A stretch of DNA of 64,000 nucleotides from Eledone cirrhosa. Taxonomy: Eukaryota. Numbering within the stretch: the stretch's first letter is position 1; the number at the start of each line of letters is the position of its first letter. The notes under the pieces are model-generated. The model worked only from the letters and a program-made list of their open reading frames with translations. It did no database searches and was not told the origin of the DNA. Positions 12,881 to 27,565 of the stretch are shown piece after piece. The position numbers were made by a program, and so were the translations under genes. The DNA is taken from contig OZ024747.1 in assembly GCA_964016885.1 (NCBI GenBank), positions 7,874,001 to 7,938,000 of the forward strand, read 5' to 3'.

Positions 12881-14226
12881 CATGGAACAAACTACCTGCA
12901 TCAGTTGTTAGCTGTCGAGTTACTGCATCCTTTAAAAATCCCATGGAACAAACTACCTGCATCAGTTATTAGCTGTCGAGACACTGCATCCTTTAAAACT
13001 TCCATGGAACAAACTAGCTGCATCAGTTGTTAGCTGTCGAGACACTGCATCCTTTAAAACTTCCATGGAACAAACTACCTGCATCAGTTGTTAGCTGTCG
13101 AGACACTGCATCCTTTAAAACCTCCATGGAACAAACTGCCTGCATCAGTTGTTAGCTGTCGAGACACTGCATCCTTTAAAACCTCCATGGAACAAACTAC
13201 CTGCATCAGTTGTTAGCTGTCAAGACACTGCATCCTTTAAAACTTCCATGGAACAAACTACCTGCATCAGTTGTTAGCTGTCGAGACACTGCATCCTTTA
13301 AAACCTCCATGGAACAAACTGCCTGCATCAGTTGTTAGCTGTCGAGACACTGCATCCTTTAAAACCTCCATGGAACAGACTACCTGCATCAGTTATTAGC
13401 TGTCGAGTCACTGCATCCTTTAAAACCTCCATGGAACAAACTACCTGCATCAGTTATTAGCTGTCGAGTCACTGCATCCTTTAAAACCTCCATGGAACAA
13501 ACTGCCTGCATCAGTTGTTAGCTGTCGAGACACTGCATCCTTTAAAACCTCCATGGAACAAACTACCTGCATCAGTTATTAGCTGTCGAGACACTGCATC
13601 CTTTAAAACCTCCATGGAACAGACTACCTGCATCAGTTATTAGCTGTCGAGTCACTGCATCCTTTAAAACCTCCATGGAACAAACTGCCTGCATCAGTTA
13701 TTAGCTGTCGAGTCACTGCATCCTTTAAAACCTCCATGGAACAAACTGCCTGCATCAGTTGTTAGCTGTCGAGACACTGCATCCTTTAAAACCTCCATGG
13801 AACAAACTACCTGCATCAGTTATTAGCTGTCGAGACACTGCATCCTTTAAAACCTCCATGGAACAAACTACCTGCATCAGTTATTAGCTGTCGAGACACA
13901 GCATCCTTTAAAACCTCCATGGAACAAACTACCTGCATCAGTTATTAGCTGTCGAGTCACTGCATCCTTTAAAACCTCCATGGAACAAACTACCTGCATC
14001 AGTTATTAGCTGTCGAGTCACTGCATCCTTTAAAACTTCCATGGAACACACTACCTGCATCAGTTATTAGCTGTCAAGACACTGCATCCTTTAAAACCTC
14101 CATGGAACAGACTACCTGCATCAGTTATTAGCTGTCAAGACACTGCATCCTTTAAAACCTCCATGGAACAAACTACCTGCATCAGTTATTAGCTGTCAAG
14201 GCACTGCATTCTTTAAAACCTCCATG
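12881..14226 (+). repeat. 61-bp minisatellite, about 22 copies
   Basis: Unit CATGGAACAAACTACCTGCATCAGTT(G/A)TTAGCTGTCGAGACACTGCATCCTTTAAAACCTC. Confidence 0.97.
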
Positions 14227-14338
14227 CTTCCTGAGATTCGCCAACACTACACCTAATACTCCTCCTCCATACACACGCACACATGTATATCATGACTCAT
14301 ACACTATTCACTTCCCTGACATTTGTATATTATTCTAT

Positions 14339-14517
14339 GTTGGCAGTATTGGTAGAGGGTCGGACACTATGCTTTGACGCATAGAGTTACGGCCCTTGCC
14401 ATTCTGAGTTCGAATCCCGCCGAGGTTAACTTTGCCTTTCATCCTTATGTGGCCGATAAAATAAAGTACCAGTAATACACTGGGTAATTGCTGGCCTTGT
14501 GCCAAAAAGTAGAAACA
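14339..14517 (+). mobile_element. Family A SINE inserted in the CR1 tail
   Basis: SINE core flanked on both sides by ATTATTCTAT (target-site duplication). Confidence 0.85.
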
Positions 14518-14750
14518 ATTATTCTATATACTATACATGCACCTTTGATGAGTTGTAGTGCACCTGAGCACTGTACACAATAATTTAAATTTCATTATTA
14601 TTATTAAACTGGTATTTTATTTATTGACCTCAAAAAGATGAAAGACAAAGTCGACTATGGCAGAATTTGAACTCAGATTGCAGAGAACCAGAAAATCTCC
14701 ACAAATTATTCAATCCAACCTTTTAGTGACTGCCATTTCCCCTCCTTTTG

Positions 14751-14946
14751 TATGAGGGTAGACAGAAAAGTTCGTAGGCTGACTATGAAGGAGTGATGCT
14801 AGAGCTATGAAATCTTGCATACACTAATTTCAAATCTTATTAACTGCATTGTTTCTTTCCAGGGACTATGTTGAAAAATACACTTCATTTGGTCATTTCA
14901 CGAGAGTATCTTGGTCAACCTATGAACTTTTCAGCTGAACCTCATA
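14751..14946. mobile_element. Mariner-like MITE
   Basis: TA-TGAGGGTAGACAGAAAAGTTCGTAGGCTGAC ... GTCAACCTATGAACTTTTCAGCTGAACCTCA-TA; imperfect TIRs with TA flanks. Confidence 0.75.
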
Positions 14947-15349
14947 GAGAGTAGTTTCTGTGTTTATGCCTTGTAACTTAATAGTTCAACAACAAAAATT
15001 GATAAAATAAGTACCAGACTTGATAAATATGAGGGGTCAATGTGACCGACTAAATCTGGAAGGTGCCATAGAGTAAAGTAGTTTCTGTATAACAATCAAA
15101 TAGAAATAGAAATGATGTAAATATTTTTCTGTAAGACATCGTTTCTGATAAATCTTAACAATTGTATTTCTAGTTCTTAAAATAACCTCACATGTCAAAG
15201 ATGTTATAGGAAGAAGCTTTTGAATTTCTGTGGTTCTCTCTCTAGAGAAAGAAAGAAAGAGACCTGTCAAATTTTCTTAGCAAATACATACAAGTGTGTA
15301 AGTTAAGTGTTTAAACATTATATATATATATATTTACATATATATAAAA

Positions 15350-15480
15350 CAAAGGAAGTGTGGTAAGGAACCAGGTGGACCATAACGCACCAGAGTACTT
15401 GATACTGTGGGTAGTAGAGTGGGTAATAGGAGAAGAGTCAGGACCCCGACAGCTGAGCTCTGGCCGTTTCGACAGCTATG
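15350..15480 (-). mobile_element. (TA)n-embedded PLE-terminal-like repeat, family P1, truncated
   Basis: GTGTGGTAAGGAACCAGGTGGACCATAACGCACCAGAGTAC...; matches copies at about 28000, 37050, 42000 and 46335. Confidence 0.65.
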
Positions 15481-15484
15481 GGAC

Positions 15485-15770
15485 GGGAACTGATTCTGGC
15501 TTAATTTCTACAGCTGGATGCCCTTCCTAACACCAACCTCATTTACAGTGAGTGCTGGGTGCTTTTTTGCCATGGCACCTCCACGACCACTTTGCAGTGG
15601 AATGATAAGAACTCCAGTCCCTATCATCTCATTTCTACAGCTGAGTAAACTGGAGCAATGTGAAATAAAGTGTCTTGCTCAAGGAAACAACACATCACCC
15701 AGTCTGAGAATTGAACTCACAACCTTTCGATTGCAAGGCCAATACTCTAACCTCTAAGCCATGTGTCTCC
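15485..15770 (-). mobile_element. tRNA-derived SINE, family B (CCTTGAGCAAGACACTT core with RTE-like tail)
   Basis: Near-identical to 22870-23182 and 43605-43970; tRNA-like head on the minus strand; tail shared with the RTE LINE 3' UTR at 55500-55780. Confidence 0.8.
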
Positions 15771-16266
15771 TATATATATGTTTATATACATATATATATA
15801 TGTTTATATATAAATATATGTTTATATATATATATATATATATATGTTTTTATATATATATGTTTATATATATATATAAACCCATGCTAGCGTGGAAAGT
15901 GGACGTTAAACGAGGATGATGATATATGTTTATATATATATATATATATAAATATGTTTATATATTTATATATAAATATTTATATAAATATGTTTATATA
16001 TTTATATATAAATATTTATATATATATGTTTATATATATATATGTTTTTATATATATATATATATGTTTATATATATATATATGTTTATATATATGTATA
16101 TATGTTTATATATATGTATATATGTTTATATATATATATATGTTTATATATATATATATATGTTTATATATATATATATATATATGTTTATATATATATA
16201 TGTTTATATATATTAGCTGTCTATATGTTTATATATATATATATATGTTTATATATATATATATAT

Positions 16267-16303
<37 letters not shown>

Positions 16304-16589
16304 TATATATATATATATGTTTATATATATATATATGTTTATATATATATATATATGTTTATATATATATATATATGTTTATATATATATATATATATAT
16401 GTTTATATATATATATATATATGTTTATATATATATATATGTTTATATATATATATATATATATATATGTTTATATATATATATGTTTATATATATATAT
16501 ATATATGTTTATATATATATATATATATATATGTTTATATATATATATGTTTATATATATATATATATGTTTATATATATATGTAATAC

Positions 16590-16855
16590 AGAGTACCCGA
16601 CCTCCCATGGGTACAAGGTGAAACATATAGACAATATGCCCTCACACCCCCCACCGCAAGGTGGTCGTGGAGGTGCCACGGCAAAAAAGCACCCAGCCCA
16701 CACTGTAAATGAGGTTGGTGTTAGGAAGGGCATCCAGCTGTAGAAATCAAGCCAAATCAGTTCCTGTATGAGCAAGACAAGGTCAGCCGACCAGACACTG
16801 CCCACAACAGGACAACCCGTCTAACCCATGCTAGCGTAAAACGATGATGATGATG
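16590..16855 (+). mobile_element. RTE LINE 3' end or tail
   Basis: Matches 55440-55780; ends in (GAT)n. Confidence 0.8.
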
Positions 16856-17150
16856 TTTATATATATATATATGTTTATATATATATATATCTTTATATAT
16901 ATATATATATGTTTATATATATATATATGATTATATATATATATGTTTATATACATATATATAAATATATATATATGTTTTATATACATATATATGTTTA
17001 TATATATATGTGTTTATATATATATATATATATGTATATGTATATATATATATGTATATATATATATGTTTATATATATGTATATATATATATGTTTATA
17101 TGTATATATATATATATATGTTTATATATATATATATATATATATATAAA

Positions 17151-17605
<455 letters not shown>

Positions 17606-17834
17606 CATATATATATATATAAACATATATATATATAAAAACATATATATATATATAAACATATATATATATATAAACATATATATATATATAAACATAT
17701 ATATATATATAAACATATATATATATATATAAACATATATATATATATAAACATATATATATATATATATAAACAAATATATATATATAAACATATATAT
17801 GTATATAAACATATATATATATATATATATATAA

Positions 17835-18023
17835 ACATCATCATCATCATCATCATCACCGTTTTACGTCCGTTCTTCCACGCTAGCATGGGTTAGACGG
17901 GTTGTCCTGTTGTGGGCAGTGTCTGGTCGGCTGACCATGCCTTGCTCATACAGGAACTGATCTGGCTTGATTTCTACAGCTGGATGCCCTTCCTAACACC
18001 AACCTCATTTACAGTGAGTGCTG
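17835..18023 (-). mobile_element. RTE LINE or SINE 3' tail
   Basis: (CAT)n-CACCGTTTTACGTCC...GGATGCCCTTCCTAACACCAACC. Confidence 0.8.
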
Positions 18024-18255
18024 TAAACATATATATATATAAACATACATATATATATGTATGTTTATATATGTTTATATATATATATGTTTATATATAT
18101 ATATATATATATATGTTTATATACATATACACGTATATATATATATGTTTCGCAGAAGAACTGTATTTTGTTAGAGATGCCTACTGACTGTAGTAGGTTT
18201 TACTTTGTATTTAGGTAAGGCGGGTCTTCTCTATTACTGAGTATATATATATATA

Positions 18256-18596
18256 TAATATATAAGAACAAAAGATGGTTAAAAGAGTTCCATGTATTTT
18301 ATTATGCGCATTTCAAAAACAAATATCATCATGCAATAATATTTGTGTTTTCATCAGATAAAACAGGAGGACATGATATGAAGGTTAAAAAACACTTGTG
18401 GATAGTTCAGTTTTAAATCAACATGATATGTTGATTTAAAACTGAACTATCCACAAGTGTTTTTTAACCTTCATATCATGTCCTCCTGTTTTATCTGATG
18501 AAAACACAAATATTATTGCATGGTGATATTTGTTTTTGAAATGCGCATAATAAAATACATGGAAATCTTTTAACCATCTTTTGTTCTTATATATTA
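18256..18596. repeat. Near-perfect palindrome, 169-bp arms and 3-nt loop, each arm carrying a hammerhead motif
   Basis: Centre ACAT-GAT-ATGT at 18421-18431; about 2 mismatches between arms. Confidence 0.95.
18489..18555 (+). ncRNA. Type I hammerhead ribozyme motif (mirror copy on the minus strand at about 18297-18363)
   Basis: TTTTAT-CTGATGA-[AAACACAAATAT...ATATTTGTTTTT]-GAAA-TGCGCA-TA-ATAAAA: helix I TTTTAT/ATAAAA, long helix II, palindromic helix III. Confidence 0.75.
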
Positions 18597-18689
18597 TGTA
18601 TACTCCAGTCCTACAAACTGTAGAGTGCTTCTTATCCGCATTGCTTTATTGTACTACAATAAAACTCACCTCCTACATATATATATATA

Positions 18690-18735
<46 letters not shown>

Positions 18736-18763
18736 AACATATATATATATATTTATATATATA

Positions 18764-18808
<45 letters not shown>

Positions 18809-19192
18809 ATATATAAACATATATATATATTATTTTTATATATATATATTATTTTTATATATTTTTATATATATATATTATTTTTCTCCCCATAACGGCA
18901 TTCCTGTCTTAACGACATCACCACTTTCTCCGCTTGGCCTGTTTTCCCCCCTTTTGGAACTTTTCCCCCGTTGATGGGCGTGAGCCCGAAATATTGGGAT
19001 TAAAATCTCTACTACGGTAACCCTTCTACCTTTGTTTTGTTTTCATCTTTGTCTCTCTCAACTTTCACTTTCACCTGTTTTTCCTATCTATATTTCACTT
19101 CCTACCTCGAGATTTCCCTTTGCATTGTTGTGGCTTTCTTAAATACGTATTTTTACACATTTCACAATGCTTCAAGCAAACTTTAACACCCT

Positions 19193-19245
<53 letters not shown>

Positions 19246-19319
19246 ATATATAAATATACATATATATATATATATATGTATGTTTATATATATATATATG
19301 TATATGTATGTTTATATAT

Positions 19320-19394
<75 letters not shown>

Positions 19395-19558
19395 TATATA
19401 TATATATATATATGTTTATATATATATATATATATATATGTTTATATATATATATATATATATATGTTTATATACATATACATATATATATATGTTTATA
19501 GATATATATATACATATATATGGTTATACATATATGTTTATATATATATATACATATG

Positions 19559-19615
<57 letters not shown>

Positions 19616-19797
19616 ATATGTATATATATAAACATATATGTATAACCATATATATGTATATATATCTATAAACATGTATATGTATATAACATATGGTTAT
19701 ACATATATGTTTATATATATATATACATATACATATATACATATATATACATATATATGGTTATACATATATGTTTATATATATATATACATATGAT

Positions 19798-19835
<38 letters not shown>

Positions 19836-20166
19836 ATCATATGTATATATATATATATATATATATAATCATATGTATATATATATATAAACATATATGT
19901 ATAACCATATATATGTATATATATCTATAAACATATATATATATGTATATATGTATATGTATATAAACATATATATATATAAACATATATGTATAACCAT
20001 ATATATGTATATATATCTATAAACATATATATATATGTATATATGTATATGTATATAAACATATATATATATAAACATATATATTTATAAACATATATAT
20101 ATATAAACATATATATATATAAACATATATATATATATATACATAAACATATATATATATATATAA

Positions 20167-20199
<33 letters not shown>

Positions 20200-20704
20200 A
20201 ACATATATAAACATACATATATATATGTATGTTTATATATATATATATGTTTATATATATGTATGTTTATATATATATATATGTTTATATATATATATGT
20301 TATATATACATATGTTATATATACATATCTATATATATATAAATATATATATATATAAATATATATGTTTATATATGTTATATATACATATGTTATATAT
20401 ACATATATATACATATGTTTATATATATATAAACATATATGTATATATATATGTTTATATATATATAAACATATGTATATATATGTATATATAACATATG
20501 TAAATGTGGTTGGTGTTAGGAAGGGCATCCGATTGTAGAAAACCTGCCAGACAGTCCTATGCGAGCAAGAAAATCACTCTTGCCTCAAGTGGGACTACCC
20601 CCGTCCAAACCCATGCAAGCGTGGAACACGGACGTTAAACGTTGATGATGATGATGATGATGATGATATATATATAAACATATATGTATATATATATATA
20701 AACA

Positions 20705-20749
<45 letters not shown>

Positions 20750-20845
20750 ATATATATGAATATATATATATATATATATATAAACATATATATGTATATA
20801 TACAGATTAAAGTTTAAGCAAACATATGTATATATATATATAAAC

Positions 20846-20888
<43 letters not shown>

Positions 20889-20996
20889 ATTGGGATAATA
20901 CTTAAGTATATCTTAATGTTTGTTGAGTGAGATGGAGTTGGTCGTAGTATCGCTTAAGGCTTTCTCTGTTTATGTATTGTATATATATATATAAAC

Positions 20997-21050
<54 letters not shown>

Positions 21051-21079
21051 GTTTATATATATATGTATATAAAGATATA

Positions 21080-21126
<47 letters not shown>

Positions 21127-21441
21127 GTTTATATATATGTATATAAAGATATATATTTTTATATATATGTATGTATATATATATATATGTTTATATATAT
21201 ATATATGTATATATATATTGTTTTTCACCACTCCAAATAATGACGTATTATATTCGTTTTTTCCCGTTCTTTGCCAGGGAACGTTTCCATGAACCAAAGT
21301 ATCATCCTCCTGTCTTCCTCCAGTTGCAACTTTATTTGTAATACTCACCTCTGCGTTCACAGATTGATTCTGTAAGTTTCAGAAGATCCCACTAAGGGTG
21401 AAAGCAGCGATTCTTTGCTTAAAATTTAATTTGTTATTTTA

Positions 21442-21487
<46 letters not shown>

Positions 21488-21554
21488 ATATACATATATA
21501 TGTTTATATATATATGTATATATACATACATATATATATATATATATATATGTG

Positions 21555-21850
21555 TGTCAGGTCACCAGTTGGTGCTACTGGTAACATGTATCCCAGTACA
21601 ACCTGTCTCATGGTCGGGTCGTTGGCGACTAAACTGGCAACCCCACCAAGGTTTCTTGGTGAGGAGGGTGGCTTTGGACATCCTGCAGGACTAAAAACAA
21701 AACCTGTCAAAAGGCAAAGGGGCTCTTAACAGTCAATAGCCATCCAAAATCACCGGGAGAGATGACCCCTTAGCCTTTGTCAAGGCAGAATTCTAGGAGA
21801 AGGAAAACTCTGATATAACACCTGCAACCCTGATGGTATCCAATGATGTT
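21555..21850 (+). mobile_element. Probable non-LTR (RTE-like) 5' leader fragment; related copy at about 31980-32270
   Basis: Shared CTACTGGTA.CATGTA.CCCAGTACAAC...TCATGGT...TGGCGACTAAAC.GGC and later CCCTGAT. Confidence 0.45.
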
Positions 21851-22568
21851 GAATTGTTCTTCTTTTTGGTAAATATCATCTTGGTTAAGAGAGTGGGACT
21901 GGCTTTGTGCAGTGCCTTTGCTCACTATAAAAGCTTCACAGCACAGGCATTGCTTTATATCTGGAGATCTCTCTGCACTTGTCGTCACATGGTACCATGG
22001 GCCCAGCACTATGTGTCAATAATTGTCACAAGTGTAGTGTTTGTACCAGAGTTTTCAAGTCGCTGGCTGGACTAAAAAGTCACACTCGTTCAGCGCATCG
22101 GTAGGAGTTCTCCTACATGGATATAAAGTAGTGGCCGTACTCGAAAACGAGTTGGCAGCCACCATATGTTTATATATACATATATATGTTTATACATATG
22201 TTTATATATGTTTATATATATATATATGTTTATAGATACATATATATATCTACATATATATGTTTATATATACATGTATATGTTTATATATACATATATA
22301 TGTTTATATATACATATATATACATTATATATGTATATATCATCATCATCATTTTACGTGGGACGGGAACTGATTCTGGCTTGGTTTGTATATATATGTA
22401 TATATATATATATATAAAAACAAATAACGAAACGAAATTAAATTTCTCCGTTGAACCGGTACTTACTCACACTCTATGCAAATTGGTCTGCCCACTACTA
22501 ATTTTCATAGAAAAAGCATATAACGATATGTGCTTTTACGATTCTCTAGAGAGGCCGGAAGATGGGTA

Positions 22569-22613
22569 AATATTGCTGATGAGTTGTAACAACAACGAAA
22601 CTAGTTCAATATT
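22569..22613 (+). ncRNA. Minimal type I hammerhead ribozyme
   Basis: AATATTG-CTGATGA-GTTG-TAACAA-CAAC-GAAA-CTAG-TT-CAATATT: 7-bp helix I, 4-bp helix II, palindromic CTAG, intact core. Confidence 0.85.
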
Positions 22614-22869
22614 CCTTGTCTGGCTTTCTGGAGAATAGAGGAAAGGTGTTTCCTCAAAAACCAGTATGACTCTAAAAACCGGTTTGTCTGTGTGTTTACA
22701 TACAGAATAGCTGGCCACTCACAGTAAAGTGACCAGTGAAAAAACTTGGTACATCTACATATGTATACGTGTGTGTATTCATATACATACTAGTATTTCA
22801 GTATACATATATGGATGTACATCTTTAACTTAATTATATATATATATATATATATATATTTCATTTTCA

Positions 22870-23182
22870 TTTTACGTCCGCTTTTCCCTGCTTGCAAGGG
22901 TGGGATAGGAACTGATTCTGGCTTGATTTCTACAGCTGGATGCCCTTCCTAACACCAACCTCCTTTACAGTGAGTGCTGGGTGCTTTTTTCCCATGGCAT
23001 CTCCACGACCACTTTGCAGTGGAATGATAGGGGCCCCTGTCTTATCATCTCATTTCTACAGCTGAGTAAACTGTAGCAATGTGAAATAAAGTGTCTTGCT
23101 CAAGAAAACAACACACCACCCGGTCTGAGAATTGAACTCACAACCTTTCGATTGCAAGCCCAATGCTCTAACCACTAAGCCA
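22870..23182 (-). mobile_element. Family B SINE
   Basis: Same structure as 15485-15770. Confidence 0.8.
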
Positions 23183-23197
23183 TATATGTATATCTAT

Positions 23198-23372
23198 CAA
23201 GGGCGGGTAAAATTCCTGAGATACATGGACGAGTTCTCTTCAGCGGTCTTTGTCCCTCATTATCGCTGCCATGTCCTGCGTCTCCAACAGACCAGTGTCT
23301 GTCCTTAGGGCATCAACATACATTAACCTTGGTCTTCCGCTTCCAGTGTGTCCATGTAGGGGATCCCACAGG
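23198..23372 (-). mobile_element. 5'-truncated RTE-like LINE 3' end in (TA)n
   Basis: Reverse complement of 38120-38290. Confidence 0.8.
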
Positions 23373-24574
23373 AATATATATGTATATATATACATATATA
23401 TACATATATACGTTTATATGTACATATATATATATGTACATATATATATATATACATATATATATGTTTATATATAGACAAATGAAATCCCATTCATTTG
23501 CTAGCTGACATAATGGTAGAAAGCAAGCAATCTATCTCTATGCTTTGGTGAAGAATTGTATTTTTAATAAACCATGTTCACTTTACTGGATTAGATATAA
23601 TTATAATAGAAGCTGAAACCAGTTGAAATATTCATGATATTCTTACTGTATTGGACAATAAGATATGCTATAATATTGTCATAAGTAATGAGATATGACA
23701 TATCAGAACAGATGATATTGTTTTTATCACACACACATCAGAATAGATGATATTGTTTTTATCACACACACATCGAAATAGATATTGCTTTTATCACACA
23801 CACATCAAAATAGATGATAATGTTCTGACCACACATACATGTGATGTCAGAACAGCTGATATTATTCTTAACACATATAAACATACTTACATATGTATTT
23901 ATGTGTGTGTATGTGTGTAAATTATATGTTTATCATATCTGTAAATGTATTCGTGAATCTGTAAAACTACATCACAGTTGCCATCAACTCTTAGACATCT
24001 CAAAGTGATCAAACTCAACAGAAATGATTGATTTCTTCACACTCATACACACACACATAGATAGATATGTATACACACATATGCACACACTCATGCAGCA
24101 TGCATGTGCATGCTCGCACAAACATCTGTATAGATTATTTCAGTCTATCAATTCAAAACTTTCACCATCACTATCATCATCATATCATCATTACTATCAT
24201 CATCATCATCGCCATTGTCAAAGGCAATACTTTATCTATGATTCATATAACATGTCCAGTGGAATTTTCATCAAATTATATTTTCATTATTACTTTATAT
24301 GAAATTATCTTTTTATTTCAAAAAGTCTTTCGTTTGTTGAAGGCAATTTTATGCTCTTTGTCAGTGTTTGTCTTTTGAATTTTTTTTACCAATATTCCAT
24401 TTTCCTTGCCAAACAATGGGTCAACAGAATTCTTCAGTTGTGTCAAAGGCACAACAGACTCCCTAGTGTTGATGCCATGATAAAATGTGCCCAGTATATA
24501 CTCTGTAAAGTTGTTAGTTATACGAAATACATCCAGCCTTAGAAAACTTGTCAAAAATATGACAACTTCCTTAA

Positions 24575-24789
24575 CCCTTTAGCATTTACATTACTCTATA
24601 TTTACTATTGTATTTTTGCGGAAAAGGCTTTATCTTACATGATTATCTCACATAATATCAAATCTATCAGATTTTGATGTTATTTATTTTAAGAACACTA
24701 CCTTAACATGAGCAGCCAGTTACAGCCAGTTTGAACAGAAAGAGGTGAGTGAATTCTGGTCGGATGCAGCAGGTTTAAATGCTAAAGGG
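24575..24789. mobile_element. piggyBac-like MITE
   Basis: TTAA target-site duplication on both sides; TIR CCCTTTAGCATTTA/TAAATGCTAAAGGG. Confidence 0.85.
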
Positions 24790-25581
24790 TTAACAGGGAA
24801 AAATTACCTTAATATGCTTGTTTTAATTGTTGTAATATATTTGATATGAAACATTTGTTGATATAAAGAAGCTTATATATTTACCACCAGCAATACATAT
24901 ATATACACAGAACAGAAATTATTTGTTTTAATTTCAGGTATATTGGTTAAAAGAAACAAAAGTGAATGTTGTCTTGCTTTTTTTTTTTTAAATACAAATT
25001 AAAGTTTTTTTTGTAATGTTTTTGAAATGGCTGTTGATAGACAAGAGATGTTTCTGTTCTTTTTATTAAAAACATCAACAACAAAAACATCAGGTGATGC
25101 TTCCATAGGTGCTTGGTTATTCAAACACTGCAGGCTTACTGTTACCCATGGCAATGCTGTGAGTGTCTTGGTTTACCTCAACCATTATCTGAGGGGAAAC
25201 TCCAGTACACTCTTTGCTGTGGCGTGTAATTCAATGTGCAAATCTTCTCAAACGTTTTTTTCTGTTTTATATTTTCTATATTTTTTCTTCTGATTACTTT
25301 CTGCAAATTGTCAAGTTTTTGAGAATAAAATTTATCAAATTATATATAAAAAAACAAACAAAAAACAAAAAGAAATGTCCAACATGGGTTTAAATGTTAG
25401 AATGAATGTTTCAAAAAATATACATTTTATACATTCTTCCCTCCAAACTGTTTCTCTTTAGTGTAAAGCTGTTTGGGTGATTATTGATCCAACATAGATT
25501 ATATATTTGGGTTTGTAACAGGGTTTCATTAGGTGTGGTGGGAATCTGTGAATACAGATGCAATTGAGGTAAATACATTTG

Positions 25582-25655
<74 letters not shown>

Positions 25656-25856
25656 TGTGTGTATGTGAGGAGGTGGAGCTGGCAGAACAGCTATGAATAG
25701 GATTTCTTTACAGCTAAGTCCAAAGTAAATAGTTGCATTGATGTAAACTTTTTAAGACTGGTTGACAGATATCTGGGTCAATGCAGCATCCTGTTGGAGA
25801 TTTTGGTGATGTTTTCCCATGTCTGCAAGAAAGAAGAAAATATATGATTATATATG

Positions 25857-25909
<53 letters not shown>

Positions 25910-26203
25910 TCAATTAGAAAGTGAACAACACAAAATATAACTACTCCATTACCAAAGGTTTCTGGATCGCAGACAATAATAATATACGTCTGGATTCGTC
26001 GTCAGAGTATATATTTGAGTCCTGGGTTCAATCGGGGGTAACCACAATAAGTAAGGTACTCAATACAATAGTAGTGTATACAACAAATTTAATATAGAAA
26101 TGGCTTCTGCAGGTCTAGAACTGTTTCATTCGAAGGAAATCATCAGGAAATCACTGATGATTTCCTTTGAATGAAGATGGACGTTAAACGATGATGATGA
26201 TAA

Positions 26204-26241
<38 letters not shown>

Positions 26242-26924
26242 ATAATAATAAAATTGAAGACTAAATCCAAAGAGGGCTCGATAAGGATAAATATATATCA
26301 AATATATAAGAACATATATATATATATATATATATAGTAAAGAATCGGTGGATGTGTAAAAGGAAAAAAGGAGAACAGTCCTCAATTTGGTATGAGAGCT
26401 GATGTATTATATTTATTTATCTATGTCCAAGTACCTGATAACTAGGTCACAAATTTGATCGCTCTACCACTCTGCACCACCATGCACAATCTGAGGAGAT
26501 GGTCATAGATGAATAATATAATAAGATTATATATATATATATACACACACACACCTCTCTCTCTCTATATATATATACACACACACACACATATATATAT
26601 AATTAAGAATAATTAAAAAAGAACAGAAATAAAGTACTCAATACGTTAGTAGAGGAGCAAAAAAAAAATAATGTCATTACAATATTTCTTAGTTATAAAA
26701 TATGTCTTTTTTAATTAACAAACGAGTGCACTCACACATATTTATTAATATTATTACAGTTCTCTTAGCTATAAAACATGCCATTTGAAATTAATGTCTA
26801 AACAAGCTGGTGAACACACTTCTAATCCAGTTGACTTCCCTCTATCCTGCCTCTAACACTCCTCTCAATATACAGGGGCTTATGTATTTTAAAATATATT
26901 TTTATAAATGCACGACAAAAAAAC

Positions 26925-27565
26925 ACACAGTCCACGCTGTAATGTGGTCATGTAGGTAACACGGTAAACAGCTCCCAGTCCACGCTGTAATGTGGCCATG
27001 TAGGTAACACGGTAAAAAGCTCCCAGTTCACACTGTAATGTGGCCATGTAGGTAACATGGTAAAAAGCTCCCAGTCCACGCTGTAATGTGGCCATGTAGG
27101 TAACACGGTAAAAAGCTCCCAGTCCACGCTGTAATGTGGCCATGTAGGTAACACGGTAAAAAGCTCCCAGTCCACGCTGTAATGTGGCCATGTAGGTAAC
27201 ACGGTAAGAAGCTCCCAGTCCACGCTGTAATGTGGCCATGTAGGTAACACGGTAAAAAGCTCCCAGTCTACACTGTAATGTGGCCATGTAGGTAACACGG
27301 TAAGAAGCTCCCAGTCCACGCTGTAATGTGGCCATGTAGGTAACACAGTAAAAAGCTCCCAGTCTACACTGTAATGTGGCCATGTAGGTAACACGGTAAA
27401 AAGCTCCCAGTCCACACTGTAATGTGGCCATGTAGGTAACACGGTAAAAAGCTCCCAGTCCACACTGTAATGTGGCCATGTAGGTAACACGGTAAAAAGC
27501 TCCCAGGCCACACTGTAATGTGGCCATGTAGGTAACACGGTAAAAAGCTCCCAGTCCACACTGTA
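26925..27565 (+). repeat. 48-bp minisatellite, about 13 copies, leading into an RTE-type tail that ends near 27698
   Basis: Unit CAGTCCACGCTGTAATGTGGCCATGTAGGTAACACGGTAAAAAGCTCC. Confidence 0.95.

Larger units (their letters stand above)
12868..14585 (+). mobile_element. CR1-like LINE 3' end containing an internal minisatellite and a SINE insertion
   Basis: Collapsing the array gives RVAEAWNKLPASVVSCRDTASFKTSMLPEIRQHYT*, resembling a CR1 ORF2 C-terminus; tail ...GTAGTGCACCTGAGCACTGTACACAATAAT also occurs at about 49053. Confidence 0.75.

Noticed and set aside
12881-14226. CRISPR-like regular array
   Set aside because: Contiguous near-identical units without unique spacers, eukaryotic context, no cas genes, and derived from CR1
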